NCBI GenBank assembly: GCA_029258885.1
Contig: JAPDJW010000001.1
Span: 96,001-160,000 of the forward strand
Origin: Thermoproteota archaeon
GTDB lineage: Archaea > Thermoproteota > Thermoprotei > Thermofilales > B9-G17
Reading direction: 5' to 3'
Length of the DNA stretch: 64,000 nt
Part shown: positions 37,606-48,231 of the stretch, in pieces
Layout of the letters: each line of letters starts with the position of its first letter
How positions within the stretch are numbered: position 1 is the first letter of the stretch
The notes under the pieces: model-generated
What the model was told of the DNA's origin: nothing
The model's input: only the letters and a program-made list of their open reading frames with translations
Databases searched by the model: none
Program-made: the position numbers and the translations under genes

Positions 37606-38805
37606 TTAAGATTCTATTTTTATTTCTACTATTAGGTGTCCATCTTCTATATAGTAGCTTTTTATCTCTGGCTCTCTTTCCATGGCTTCGTGCGGTTCTA
37701 TTGTGTAGCCTAGTATTCTGGCTGTTGGTCTTAGGCTTTCTTTTAGGTATTCTAGTATTTCTCGTTCTATTCGGTGGTAGTCTTCTGTTATGTCTATGCC
37801 GAAAGTTAGGTTGTTGTCTTTGAATATCATTGTTACTGTTACTGGGCCTTCTGTCGGTGTTATTGGCATGTGTTTTAGCTCTTCTGGCAGTTTTTCTGCT
37901 ATTTTTCTCTCGTATTCTTCTCCCAGCTCGTTTAGTTTCCTTATTACTTCATCTATACTCTTCAGATTTATTCTAGTTTCTTTCCATTTGTAGTCTATTC
38001 TTATTCTGAAGTGTACCAGTTTTTCTCCTCTAAATACTTCTTTGAATACTTGTATGGCTTTATCTAGCTCTGCTGGGCTGGTTATCTGGGTATAGCATGT
38101 TACATAATATATGTATTTGAGAGGAGATGGCGACCTAATTTTAAATGTAAGGACTATAAACTGTTCCTTATAGTTTTTCTTAAATAATATTTCCGATCTT
38201 TTCTTAATCTCATTTAGGGCGTAGTCTAAGTCATATATCAAATCGTTACACCATTGCCCTTTCTTAAGTTCTTTAATAATTTGTTGATGATCCGTTCTAT
38301 ATGAGGTTAATCCTTGCCTGAAGAATTTCTTTATATTTTCTCTTCCAGAAATTGCTAATTTATGACAATATTTTCCTGATTTTCTGTCACGATATGGTGC
38401 TCTAAAACGTGCCTGTATTCTAAAGTATTCTTCCAATACCTTTTTAATGTCCTCGAGTTTGACTATCAATGAATTTATGCATATTTCTGACCAGAACCAG
38501 CTTTTCTTTTCATCTAACTTTATTATCGGAATAAACTTAGGTAATTTCAGGGGACTACTTTTCCTAATTTTTATTTGATTGCTGAGATGCTTTACTGCAT
38601 AGCTTAGTTCTTTATAACAAAATTCTCGATACAGGCATACTGACGTTGGATAGGTTATTCCTGTATATTTTATTCCTTTTGTACAGTGATAAACGAGACA
38701 GTTGCTATTATCACACCCAGCACATAGATGATAAAGAAAACATTCTGTACATTCTTGTTTGCCACATAATCCTTTCTTTCGATATTCTGCTGCAGTGACC
38801 GTCAA
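37606..38805 (-). CDS. Mosaic accessory ORF next to tRNA-Asp (Cys-rich N-terminus, LAGLIDADG-like fragment, unknown C-terminus)
   Basis: Nine Cys in the first 63 aa; KKVLEEYFRIQARF...HKLAISGRENIKKFF resembles an intein-type homing endonuclease C-half; composition shift near 38110. Confidence 0.5.
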   Translation of the reverse strand: MTVTAAEYRKKGLCGKQECTECFLYHLCAGCDNSNCLVYHCTKGIKYTGITYPTSVCLYREFCYKELSYAVKHLSNQIKIRKSSPLKLPKFIPIIKLDEKKSWFWSEICINSLIVKLEDIKKVLEEYFRIQARFRAPYRDRKSGKYCHKLAISGRENIKKFFRQGLTSYRTDHQQIIKELKKGQWCNDLIYDLDYALNEIKKRSEILFKKNYKEQFIVLTFKIRSPSPLKYIYYVTCYTQITSPAELDKAIQVFKEVFRGEKLVHFRIRIDYKWKETRINLKSIDEVIRKLNELGEEYERKIAEKLPEELKHMPITPTEGPVTVTMIFKDNNLTFGIDITEDYHRIEREILEYLKESLRPTARILGYTIEPHEAMEREPEIKSYYIEDGHLIVEIKIES

Positions 38806-39229
38806 GGTTATCTCCTTTTTCTTAAATGTCGGTTATAAGTTAAATTACTCATGAGACCTTATTTTGCTTTTAATTTTAATAAAACACATTATAAACTGTT
38901 TTTCATCGTTTTCATGTCGGCAAGCGTCTTAATAATGGTTTAACTATTCATGTCAAACCATAGTGTTATAGAGAAATATTTAACTTAATAATCATCCATA
39001 ATTTTCAGGGATTAATAAAGCTAAGAAGCCTTGGCTATAGGTCTAAAGTATTTAATAGTCCTACTTATAATATCAGATATCTAGGTGGAATCAAATTATA
39101 TATAATTTATAAGTCAAAGATTTTGTTAATTATATGTTAAATTGTCAAATATTGATGATACATTCCCGTAATTACTAGTACCTAGCTATATTAAAATATC
39201 TTCGCTGTTATAGTCTCATGCGTGATTAT

Positions 39230-40570
39230 ATGTCTGGTGAAAGGGTTAATTGGTATAGGATATCTAATGAGCTTCATCTCAAGTATCAAGGTAAGATTGA
39301 GATTATGCCCAAGGTGCCTGTATTAAAGCTTAAGGATTTTGCTATATGGTATACGCCTGGTGTTGCAGGACCTTGTAAAGAGATTTACGATAAAGGTGGT
39401 GATCTATCGTTTAAATATACTCTTAGGTGGAATTACGCTGCAGTTGTAAGTGATGGTACGCGTGTACTTGGATTAGGCAACATTGGTCCGGAAGCTGGAT
39501 TACCTGTTATGGAGGGCAAGGCCTTGCTTTTCAAATACCTTGGTGGAGTGGACGCTATACCTCTTGTAATCAATGCCCGTGATCCGGATAAGTTTATTGA
39601 GGTAGTCAAGATCCTGGAGCCAAGTTTTGGAGCTATTAATTTGGAGGATATCGGGAGTCCAAAGTGCTTCTACATACTTGAGAAACTTAATGAGATATTA
39701 AATATACCTGTATGGCATGATGACCAGCAGGGTACAGCTCTAGTTACGCTTGCAGGGCTTCTCAATGCACTGAAGATTGTTGGTAAGAGCCTTGATCAAG
39801 TGAAGATAGCGTTTATAGGTGCTGGTGCGGCTAACATGTCTTCTATAAAATATATTACATTAGCAGGGGCTGATCCTCGGAAAATGGTTGTTGTTGATAG
39901 TAAGGGTATTCTTCATCCGAATAGACCGGATGTTGGGGAGCTTAAGGTTAGGAATCCATGGAAATATAGGTTAGCTATGACAACGAATGCTGAGGGAGTG
40001 ACTGGTGGTATTCCAGAGGCATTAAAGGGGGCTGATGTAGTAATAGCAGCCTCTAGGCCGGGACCCGGGATTATTAAGAAAGAATGGATCAGGTTAATGA
40101 ATGATAACCCGATAGTATTTGCTGAAGCAAACCCTGTACCAGAGATATGGCCTTGGGAGGCTAAGGAGGCTGGTGCAAGGATTGTTGCTACGGGTCGTAG
40201 CGATTTTCCTAACCAGATCAATAACAGTCTTGGATTCCCGGCTGTATTCCGTGGTGTATTGACTATACGTGCTCGGAAGATGACTGACTCCATGTTTCTC
40301 GCTGCAGCTTATGCTATTGCCGGATATGCTGAGAAGAAGGGTATTCATGAAGAATACATAGTACCTACTATGGATGATCCTGAAATGTTTATTGAAGAGG
40401 CTATTGCTGTTGCTGAGAAGGCTATGGAGGAGGGTGTTGCCCGCCGTAAGCTATCTCGTTCAGAACTTGAAGCTGAGATTAGAGAGCTTATCTATAGGCC
40501 TAAAAAGTACATGGATATTGCTCTTAAAAATAACCTCATAAGAATCCTGCCTCCATATTCTGAGAAATAG
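39230..40570 (+). CDS. NAD(P)-dependent malic enzyme
   Basis: WYTPGVA, VVSDGTRVLGLGNIGPEAGLPVMEGKALLFK, INLEDI, HDDQQGTA, TGRSDFPNQINN. Confidence 0.95.
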   Translation: MSGERVNWYRISNELHLKYQGKIEIMPKVPVLKLKDFAIWYTPGVAGPCKEIYDKGGDLSFKYTLRWNYAAVVSDGTRVLGLGNIGPEAGLPVMEGKALLFKYLGGVDAIPLVINARDPDKFIEVVKILEPSFGAINLEDIGSPKCFYILEKLNEILNIPVWHDDQQGTALVTLAGLLNALKIVGKSLDQVKIAFIGAGAANMSSIKYITLAGADPRKMVVVDSKGILHPNRPDVGELKVRNPWKYRLAMTTNAEGVTGGIPEALKGADVVIAASRPGPGIIKKEWIRLMNDNPIVFAEANPVPEIWPWEAKEAGARIVATGRSDFPNQINNSLGFPAVFRGVLTIRARKMTDSMFLAAAYAIAGYAEKKGIHEEYIVPTMDDPEMFIEEAIAVAEKAMEEGVARRKLSRSELEAEIRELIYRPKKYMDIALKNNLIRILPPYSEK

Positions 40571-40593
40571 GCTTACAAAAACATTTTTACAAT

Positions 40594-41730
40594 CTATAGT
40601 GTTTTTAACGTAGTTTCTACTCCAACCTCCATGCCAATATCGGTTAATTCTTTATAGACGTTCTTGTGAAGTGGTATTCCTATCTTCTTCCTTGTCTCCA
40701 TGGTTAGCCATGCTTTTTCGCCTGGTATCCATATGCGATCGGCTTTTGGGTGTTTCTTTGAACTCTTTATTTCCATTACATATCTATTTATTCTGTCATT
40801 AAATTCCTCGCGGGACATGAAGGCCTCTATATCTATTGCTATGAAGGCGTGGCCTACATTAGATGGTTTCTTACCGACTGTATAGCCTACATGTAATCCC
40901 CATGCAGCACCAGATAATACTCCTGATATAATATCTATTACAAATGATAGACCGGAACCTTTATGCCCTCCATGTTCCTCTCCAAGCCCCCCTAGCGGTA
41001 GTAATGCTGCTTCATGTGTCTTTATCTTCTTTAGTATCGGAGCAGCATCTCCATGGAGTATGTTGCCCTTTCGATCAATAACCCATCCAGAAGGTATTTT
41101 CTTGCCCTGCTTAGCGTAGATCTCTATTTTGCCTACTGGTACTACTGATGTTGCTGCATCGAATAATATTGGTGGGGGTTCTAGTTTAGGTACTGCTACT
41201 GCTATTGGATTTGTACCAATTATTCTTTCAATGGTGTTTGTGTAGGCTACAAGGTTTACTGAATTTGTCATTGTAACTCCTATATAGCCTCTCTCAGCAG
41301 CTTTCAATGAGTAGTACCCTGCTATACCGAAATGATTACTCCTTCTTACAAGCACTAATGATACTCCATAATCGTGGGCTTTCTTAATAGCTAGCTCCAT
41401 AGCTCTAACGCTAACCGGTTGTCCAAGCCCATTACATGCATCAATAACTGCTATTGCACCACGGTCAATAATGATCTTCGGCTCTGCATGGATGTCTACG
41501 TTTCCAGACCTTATGCCATCAACATATCTACGGACTCTCTGAACTCCATGACTTGATATACCGAATAGATCCGCTGTAACAAGCACATCAGCTACTACCT
41601 CTGCATTCCATTTAAAGACCCCAAGCCTTTCGAATATGCTAGTCACATAATCCCTCAGCATGACATGATCTACTCTTACATAGTCTTCTGGAGGCACAGG
41701 TTTTTCGCGTTCATAATATTCATACTCCAT
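40594..41730 (-). CDS. Type 2 malate/L-lactate dehydrogenase family oxidoreductase (ComC/AllD-like)
   Basis: DLFGISSHGVQR, SNHFGIAGYY, GTNPIA, FDAATS, GHKGSGL, IPGE. Confidence 0.9.
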   Translation of the reverse strand: MEYEYYEREKPVPPEDYVRVDHVMLRDYVTSIFERLGVFKWNAEVVADVLVTADLFGISSHGVQRVRRYVDGIRSGNVDIHAEPKIIIDRGAIAVIDACNGLGQPVSVRAMELAIKKAHDYGVSLVLVRRSNHFGIAGYYSLKAAERGYIGVTMTNSVNLVAYTNTIERIIGTNPIAVAVPKLEPPPILFDAATSVVPVGKIEIYAKQGKKIPSGWVIDRKGNILHGDAAPILKKIKTHEAALLPLGGLGEEHGGHKGSGLSFVIDIISGVLSGAAWGLHVGYTVGKKPSNVGHAFIAIDIEAFMSREEFNDRINRYVMEIKSSKKHPKADRIWIPGEKAWLTMETRKKIGIPLHKNVYKELTDIGMEVGVETTLKTL

Positions 41731-41969
41731 AATTCCGATCCCTCTGAAGAAACTATTTCATTAAAATATTCTCACATAAAATAAATGGGTTGTGGAATGC
41801 TATTGGTGTATCTTAAAGCATTTAATATAAACAGTAAAGAGAAGAGGGGTGATGTTCTTCATTTGGCTATTAAAGCTAATTTACAGACTGAAATCTTGAA
41901 GCTAAGGGACTTAGTGGCTAAAGTTTATATAGAGCTTCCTCCTCTCTTTCTTAGCTCGTAGTCAGTGGT

Positions 41970-42350
41970 GTGATGCATATGTATAAAACTGTTTCGAAGC
42001 AACCTAGGAAGCAGAGGAAGGCATATTTCAATAGACCACTTCATCTTAGGCATAAGGATATGAATGCTCCTTTATCTGAAGCTCTTCAGGTAAAGTATGG
42101 GGTTAAGAGGCTCCCTGTCAGAAGCGGGGATACGGTCCTAATAGTTAGGGGGGACTTTGCAGGGTATGAGGGTAAGGTTTTAAGAGTAAGCTTAAAGAAG
42201 AGGAGGATATATGTGGAAGGCGTTACCAGAACTAAGGCCGATGGGAGCAAGGTGTTAGTTCCTATTCACCCGTCTAAGGTTATGATCACTAAGTTAGATT
42301 TATCGGATAAATGGAGAAAGAAAATTATTGAGAGGAGGGCTAAAAAATGA
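41970..42350 (+). CDS. rpl24: 50S ribosomal protein L24 (uL24)
   Basis: [39 protein letters not shown]. Confidence 0.97.
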   Translation: MMHMYKTVSKQPRKQRKAYFNRPLHLRHKDMNAPLSEALQVKYGVKRLPVRSGDTVLIVRGDFAGYEGKVLRVSLKKRRIYVEGVTRTKADGSKVLVPIHPSKVMITKLDLSDKWRKKIIERRAKK

Positions 42351-43093
42351 AGAAGGCTAAAGGTAGTTTAAGACATTTAAGGAGATACGCAGCTCCGTGG
42401 TACTATCCAATAAGCGTTAAGGAATATGCCTGGACGGTAAAGCCAAGACCCGGACCTCACGCATTAGATAAGTGTATTCCCCTAGGAATAATACTTAGAG
42501 ATGTATTGGGCTACGCTAGAACCATGCGTGAAGCGAGGAGAATTCTGGGAGAAAGAAAGGTTAAAATTGACGGTAGGATTATAACAGACTACAAATTCCC
42601 GGTCGGTCTAATGGATGTCATAGAACTAATCCCCAGCGGAGAAATATTTAGAGTTCTACCACATCCCTCCAAGTTCCTCTATTTGAAGCCCATATCTTCA
42701 AATGAAGCGAACCTTAAGATATGTCGCATAGAAAACAAAACTATGGTAAAGGGCGGAAATATACAGCTAAACCTGCACGACGGAAGAAATATCTTAATTA
42801 AGATAAGTAATCCATTTGAGCCGGTAGAAGATGTCTATAAAACTCTTGATTCAGTACTTATAACAATACCCGATCAACAAATAGTTGAACATATCAAGCT
42901 TAAGGAAGGAGCCTATGTATTAGTCATTGATGGAAGAAACGTTGGCGCTAAAGGAAGGCTGAAGTCTGTAGTTCAGATATTTAAGAGGAGGAGATCTATA
43001 GTGACGTTAGTAGATGATAACGGAAACGAGATAAGGACAATCCTAGATTACATATTCCCCATCGGGCATGAAAAACCGCTGATAGAGGTATAG
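42347..43093 (+). CDS. rps4e: 30S ribosomal protein S4e
   Basis: [33 protein letters not shown]. Confidence 0.97.
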   Translation: MKKAKGSLRHLRRYAAPWYYPISVKEYAWTVKPRPGPHALDKCIPLGIILRDVLGYARTMREARRILGERKVKIDGRIITDYKFPVGLMDVIELIPSGEIFRVLPHPSKFLYLKPISSNEANLKICRIENKTMVKGGNIQLNLHDGRNILIKISNPFEPVEDVYKTLDSVLITIPDQQIVEHIKLKEGAYVLVIDGRNVGAKGRLKSVVQIFKRRRSIVTLVDDNGNEIRTILDYIFPIGHEKPLIEV

Positions 43094-43098
43094 AGAAC

Positions 43099-43662
43099 AT
43101 GCCGGCGGATGAGCATATTCTGAAAACCGATCACCCTATGAGGTATGTGAAAATCGGTAAAGTAGTAGTTAACATGGCCGTAGGTGAGTCGGGCGAAAGG
43201 CTGGCTAAGGCAGCTAAGATTCTCGAGATGCTTACAGGACAGAAGCCATGCTTTAGAAAGGCTAAGAAGACAATAAAGGACTTTGGTATAAAGAAGGGTG
43301 AAAACATAGCCTGTATAGTAACCTTAAGAGGGGAGAAGGCGATAAGCTTCCTAAAGAGGGCTCTAGAGGCTGTAGGCAACGAAATTAAAGAAAGTAGCAT
43401 AGACGAATACGGTAATTTTGCATTTGGAATAAGGGAGCATATACACCTGCCTGGAGTAAAGTATGATCCACAGCTGGGAATTTATGGGTTTGATGTATGT
43501 GTTAGCTTGGAGAGGCCTGGATATAGGGTTGCTAGGAGAAGGAGGAGGAAAGCTAAAATAGGTAAAAAGCATAGAGTTACGAAAGAGGAGGCAATAGAAT
43601 TTATTGAAAAAGTATTAGGTGCAAGGGTTGTTAAGGAGGTGAAGAAAAGATGGGTAAGATAA
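43099..43662 (+). CDS. rpl5: 50S ribosomal protein L5
   Basis: [44 protein letters not shown]. Confidence 0.97.
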   Translation: MPADEHILKTDHPMRYVKIGKVVVNMAVGESGERLAKAAKILEMLTGQKPCFRKAKKTIKDFGIKKGENIACIVTLRGEKAISFLKRALEAVGNEIKESSIDEYGNFAFGIREHIHLPGVKYDPQLGIYGFDVCVSLERPGYRVARRRRRKAKIGKKHRVTKEEAIEFIEKVLGARVVKEVKKRWVR

Positions 43663-43814
43663 AACCGCCAAAGGTTAGAAAGTTTGGTAAAGGAGCACGT
43701 AGATGCATTAGATGTGGGACTCATGAAGCATTAATTAGAATGTATAACCTTAACATTTGCAGGAGATGTTTTAGGGAAGTAGCGGAGGACATTGGATTTA
43801 AGAAGTATATGTAG
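43650..43814 (+). CDS. rps14: 30S ribosomal protein S14 (54 aa; not in ORF track)
   Basis: [23 protein letters not shown]...[21 protein letters not shown]. Confidence 0.96.
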   Translation: MGKIKPPKVRKFGKGARRCIRCGTHEALIRMYNLNICRRCFREVAEDIGFKKYM

Positions 43815-43892
43815 TTGTATTCAGCGTAAGTTGGCCTTTATGTAAAATTTATATAGAGCCTTTTCAACTCTTTCTTAGCTCGGTGATCTACA

Positions 43893-44285
43893 ATGGTCAT
43901 GATGGATACTCTAGCTAATGCGCTTGCAACGATAATGAATAATGAGGTCAGAGGAAAGAAGGAGTGTCTAGTATATCCTGCGTCAAAGTTTATTGCTAGA
44001 GTACTTAGAGCCATGCAGAGAGCTGGGTATATAGGCGAGTTTGAGTTTATTGATGATGGGCGCTCAGGAAAGTTAAGAATACAGCTATTAGGTCGTATAA
44101 ATAAATGCGGTGTAATTAAGCCACGTTTTCCCGTGAAACATGATGAGTTCGAGGAATGGGAGAAGAAATATCTGCCTGCAAAGAATATAGGTATTCTCAT
44201 AGTCTCAACTCCCCAGGGAGTTCTAACACATTATGAAGCCAAGGAAAGGGGTATAGGAGGAGTTCTCGTAGCTTACGTATACTAG
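43893..44285 (+). CDS. rps8: 30S ribosomal protein S8
   Basis: [42 protein letters not shown]. Confidence 0.97.
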   Translation: MVMMDTLANALATIMNNEVRGKKECLVYPASKFIARVLRAMQRAGYIGEFEFIDDGRSGKLRIQLLGRINKCGVIKPRFPVKHDEFEEWEKKYLPAKNIGILIVSTPQGVLTHYEAKERGIGGVLVAYVY

Positions 44286-44296
44286 AGGTGCGGTTT

Positions 44297-44695
44297 ATGA
44301 ACCGGAACTTAAGTAAAGAGTTGGTTAATCTTCTAAAATTAAGGCGGGAATTAAAGAGCAAGAAGCCACGCTTTATAGTAATGAACGTGTGGTCTAAGCC
44401 TAGGCTTCCAGACGGATGGAGGAGGCCTAAGGGTCTTGATAATAAGATCAGGTTAGAGATAAAGGGATTTCCGAAGAGGGTTAAAGTAGGGTATAGAGGA
44501 CCTAGGAAAGTGAGAAATCTTCATCCATCGGGATACATTGATGTTCTTGTTAATAACATTAAGGAGCTGGAGGTATTAGATCCGAAAATACATGCTATAC
44601 GTATAGCTAGAACCGTGGGGAGGAGAAAGAGAGAGGAAATTATTAAAAGGGCCGAGGAATTAGGTTTTAAGATCCTGAATCCTGAGAGGGAGTAG
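44297..44695 (+). CDS. rpl32e: 50S ribosomal protein L32e
   Basis: WRRPKGLDNKIR, VKVGY, LHPSG, LVNNIKELE. Confidence 0.96.
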   Translation: MNRNLSKELVNLLKLRRELKSKKPRFIVMNVWSKPRLPDGWRRPKGLDNKIRLEIKGFPKRVKVGYRGPRKVRNLHPSGYIDVLVNNIKELEVLDPKIHAIRIARTVGRRKREEIIKRAEELGFKILNPERE

Positions 44696-44699
44696 GCTT

Positions 44700-45128
44700 A
44701 TGTCATTAAAGTTTGTTAGGAGGCTTGCGGCCGAAGTTCTAAAAGTAGGAGAAAGCAGGGTCTGGATAGATCCTGATAGCTTTGATAGAGTAAGTGAGGT
44801 CATTTCAAGGGAGGATGTTAGAAGGTTAATAAAAGATGGTGTAATTAAGGTTAGACCCAAGTCCACGCCATCCAGAGGCAGGTTGAGAATGCGGAGGAAG
44901 AGGAGGAGAGGACCCGGTAGCCGTAAGGGAAGCACTATATCTCAAAAGGAGTTATGGATGGCTAAAGTGAGAGCGCAGAGAAAGTTTCTGAAATTATTGA
45001 GGAGGAAAAGGATCATTGATAGGAAAACTTATAGGAAGTTGTATATGATGGTTAAAGGTAATGCTTTCAGAAGCGTGGCACACTTAAAGCACTATATTAT
45101 TGAGCATAAGTTGGCGAGGAGGATATAG
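44700..45128 (+). CDS. rpl19e: 50S ribosomal protein L19e
   Basis: [41 protein letters not shown]. Confidence 0.96.
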   Translation: MSLKFVRRLAAEVLKVGESRVWIDPDSFDRVSEVISREDVRRLIKDGVIKVRPKSTPSRGRLRMRRKRRRGPGSRKGSTISQKELWMAKVRAQRKFLKLLRRKRIIDRKTYRKLYMMVKGNAFRSVAHLKHYIIEHKLARRI

Positions 45129-45129
45129 G

Positions 45130-45744
45130 ATGGCGAGGAACGGCAGGTATAGGGTTCCCTTTAAGAGGAGGAGGAAGGGATTAACCAACTACTACAAACG
45201 GAAGAAGATGATATTGTCAGGAAAACCACGACTTATAGTCCGCAAATCCAATAAACACGTAATAGTACAAGTAGCCACAGCCAAGATACAGGGAGACGAA
45301 ATAATAACCTCGGCTTCATCTATAGAGCTTGAGAAAAAGTTCGGATGGAAGGGAGCTACTAGGAATACTCCTGTAGCATACCTTGTAGGTCTTCTAGCCG
45401 GACTTAAAGCGTTAAAAAGGGGAGTGAAGGAAGCCATATTAGATATAGGATTACATAGGCCTATAAGAGGAGCAATAGTATTTGCGGCAGCTAAGGGGGC
45501 ATTAGATGCCGGATTAAAAATTCCCATAGGTGAAGAGGTTCTTCCCGAAGAGGAGAGAATAAGAGGAGAACATATAGCTAATTACGCCAAAATCCTGCTA
45601 GAGGAGGATTTAGAGAAGTACAACAAGCAGTTCTCAAGATACCTATCGAGAGGATGGGATCCCACTCTACTTCCCAAGTACTTTGAGGAAGTTAAGAGTA
45701 AGATTTTAGAGTTAAAATCAGAATTAAGCCATCCTTCTAATTAA
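45130..45744 (+). CDS. rpl18: 50S ribosomal protein L18
   Basis: [49 protein letters not shown]. Confidence 0.97.
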   Translation: MARNGRYRVPFKRRRKGLTNYYKRKKMILSGKPRLIVRKSNKHVIVQVATAKIQGDEIITSASSIELEKKFGWKGATRNTPVAYLVGLLAGLKALKRGVKEAILDIGLHRPIRGAIVFAAAKGALDAGLKIPIGEEVLPEEERIRGEHIANYAKILLEEDLEKYNKQFSRYLSRGWDPTLLPKYFEEVKSKILELKSELSHPSN

Positions 45745-46200
45745 ATCGTTAATAGCTTTTCCTCTATATCCTAATTCTCCGCCTCTCTTATAGTGGACCT
45801 TAATAGATCCTTTAAATCCTCCAGAGGGAGGGCTTAACCTAAAAACTGGTTTTAGCCCAGGTATTTTCCTGATATCTACCTTAGACGTAATTATTGCCTT
45901 AGCTAGATCTTCTATGCTTTTAAAGCCTAATTTTTTAACGTATTCCTCTGTTAGCTTCTTATTTCCTCTTAATCTTCCCCTACGCTCTAGCAGCAAGGTA
46001 AGCGTTTCTTCGTCTATCTCACCCCATGTAATCCAGTTTTCAGCCTTTTTAAGCATACCCATCATAGAAGGGTTATCGTCCACAAGAACTAAGTGGAACT
46101 TTTTATGTAATCTAAGTAACTCAAGAGTTTTCTTTACATCTGGCGGTACATCTACTTGTCCTCTTATCCTGATGACAGCGAGCTTCATCAGCTTCACCAA
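45724..46200 (-). CDS. rpl30: 50S ribosomal protein L30 (uL30)
   Basis: [47 protein letters not shown]. Confidence 0.96.
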   Translation of the reverse strand: MVKLMKLAVIRIRGQVDVPPDVKKTLELLRLHKKFHLVLVDDNPSMMGMLKKAENWITWGEIDEETLTLLLERRGRLRGNKKLTEEYVKKLGFKSIEDLAKAIITSKVDIRKIPGLKPVFRLSPPSGGFKGSIKVHYKRGGELGYRGKAINDLIRRMA

Positions 46201-46808
46201 TCTGTTGACACCTTAATAGCATACGTATTTCTTAATGCATTAAATACAGCTGAAGCGAAATTCAATGATGTTCTGGTTTCGCCTCTAACTCTAGTCCATA
46301 CATCCTTGATTCCTGCAAGCCTTAGGACAGCTTTCGCTATATCTCCAGCTACTAGACCCACGCCCTTAGGAGCAGGCAATAGTTCAGCTATCACACTTCC
46401 ACTTTTCCCGACAACCTTAAAGGGTAAGCTATGTGGTTCTCCGCAGAAGCATTCCCAGCTACCGCATCCCCTACGTACCGGGATAATGTTTAACTTAGCG
46501 TTAACAATGGCTTTCTCTATAGCCTGACGAACTTGCCTCGCCTTACCTGTCCCAAGCCCTACATATCCGTCTTCATTACCTACAACAACGACGACCCTAA
46601 ACTGGCTTACTTCTCCTGCATCTGTCTGCCTTTGAACGAGATTTACCGACAAGACTTCATGCTTTATGTCAGGTAGTAGGGTATCTATAATCTCTACTTC
46701 TTTTATAGGTAGATTCATGGCGAATATCTCATCTAGACTGGTAATTTTCCCCTCCTTTACAAGCCTTCCTACTTTAGTTCTGGGAACCCACTCTATACTC
46801 TGACTCAT
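46194..46808 (-). CDS. rps5: 30S ribosomal protein S5
   Basis: [45 protein letters not shown]. Confidence 0.97.
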   Translation of the reverse strand: MSQSIEWVPRTKVGRLVKEGKITSLDEIFAMNLPIKEVEIIDTLLPDIKHEVLSVNLVQRQTDAGEVSQFRVVVVVGNEDGYVGLGTGKARQVRQAIEKAIVNAKLNIIPVRRGCGSWECFCGEPHSLPFKVVGKSGSVIAELLPAPKGVGLVAGDIAKAVLRLAGIKDVWTRVRGETRTSLNFASAVFNALRNTYAIKVSTDW

Positions 46809-47080
46809 TTAATCACCGCTTTAAACTATTTCGCACGTAGCAGATTATATTTTTTTCCCTCTCGCAGTGTTATTTCATTAATTAGCATATAATTTGTTTA
46901 GCTTTCTTGGATCTGAATTTGGTGTAGATACTTATGAACACGCCTATAATCAGCCAAGATAACAGTATATCATACGTCTTTTCAATCCATTTTAGAGAGC
47001 GTGTATGGCTCTATCCTATAATAGAGAGCCGAAAGTTTTAAAATACACTGAATAATGTATAATCCAGCCCTGGTGATAAA

Positions 47081-47593
47081 ATGCCTCAAGAGAAGACATT
47101 TAAGTTTCTAATAGAAGGAGGAAAGGCCACAGCTGGACCCCCTATATCTTAGGGGAAAGGTCCAGCCTTAGGGCCTCTTGGACTCAACGTAATGGCAGTA
47201 GTTAGGAGAATAAATGAACTCACTAAAGATTTTGCTGGAATGAGAGTACCAGTTACTGTTAAGGTTGATATTGAAAAGAAGACGTTTGAGGTTGAAGTAG
47301 GTGTACCAACGACTGGGGCACTCATAGTTAAGGAGCTGAAGATAGAGAAAGGATCAGGTCTTCCAGGGAGGGAAATAGCAGGGAATCTCTCTATGGAACA
47401 GGTAGTAAAAATAGCGATTATGAAGAGAGATCAGTTGAAGTCGAGGACGTTGAAGGGATGCATTAAGCAGGTTTTAGGGACGTGTTTAAGCATGGGAGTT
47501 AACGTTGAAGGAAAGAGCCCGAAGGTTGTTCAGAAGGAGCTTGATGAAGGAGTATATGATGATTTATTGAGGAAGTATGGTGAGGAGATATGA
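47081..47593 (+). CDS. rpl11: 50S ribosomal protein L11, interrupted by a 12-nt BHB/BHL-type intron (exons 47081-47145 and 47158-47593)
   Basis: ATG 47081 after a GGTGA RBS; MPQEKTFKFLIEGGKATAGPPI-[S*GK]-GPALGPLGLNVMAVV...; removing 12 nt gives the canonical motif. Confidence 0.92.
47146..47157 (+). other. Putative pre-mRNA intron ATCTTAGGGGAA in rpl11
   Basis: Outer helix GCTGGACC:GGTCCAGC, central helix CCCT:GGGG, AT|A and AA|A cleavage sites, in-frame TAG inside. Confidence 0.85.
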
Positions 47594-48231
47594 GTTATTC
47601 GATAGGTGTGCTAGCTAAGGCTATAGAAGAAGCTAAGGCGAAAGCTAAAAAGAGGAGATTTAAGCAGAGTGTTGAGCTTATAGTTGTTTTAAGGGACGTC
47701 GATGTGAGAAAGCCTGAAAATAGGATAAATATGCCTGTTTTTTTACCGAATCCGCCTTCAAAGGAGGCAAAGGTATGCGTGATAGCATCAGGAGACTTGG
47801 AGCTTAAGGCTAAGAATTCAAGGGCAGATCTTGTAGTATCAAGGGATGAGTTAATTAAGCTAGCTGACAATAAAAAGGCAGCTAAGGATCTTGCTAAGAA
47901 ATACGACTTTTTCCTGGCGCAGGCTGATTTAATGCCAACTATAGGAAGGCTTCTAGGTAGATATTTAGGCCCTAGGGGTAAAATGCCTCAACCTGTAACT
48001 AGCTCAATGAATATAAATGCTCTAGTTGATAGGTTCAAAAGATCTGTCAGAATTAGGATTAAGAATCAGCCTGTAATAAGTTGCAGGATAGGTACGGAGG
48101 ATCAGGATAGTAAAAAATTAGCTGAAAATGCCATGGCTATATTAAATGCCATAGAGAGTAAGTTTAAGAAGCAAAACATAGATAGGATTTACGTTAAGTT
48201 GACCATGGGACCAGCCGTTAAGGTCAGGTAG
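47590..48231 (+). CDS. rpl1: 50S ribosomal protein L1
   Basis: KRRFKQSVELIVVL, LPNPP, LMPTIGRLLGRYLGPRGKMP, KLTMGP. Confidence 0.97.
   Translation: MSYSIGVLAKAIEEAKAKAKKRRFKQSVELIVVLRDVDVRKPENRINMPVFLPNPPSKEAKVCVIASGDLELKAKNSRADLVVSRDELIKLADNKKAAKDLAKKYDFFLAQADLMPTIGRLLGRYLGPRGKMPQPVTSSMNINALVDRFKRSVRIRIKNQPVISCRIGTEDQDSKKLAENAMAILNAIESKFKKQNIDRIYVKLTMGPAVKVR

Noticed and set aside
47147-47158. Stop-codon recoding (Pyl/readthrough) or pseudogene as explanation of the TAG in rpl11
   Set aside because: Readthrough would leave four extra residues in an invariant motif; the rest of the gene is intact, and BHB-rule excision restores the exact sequence.
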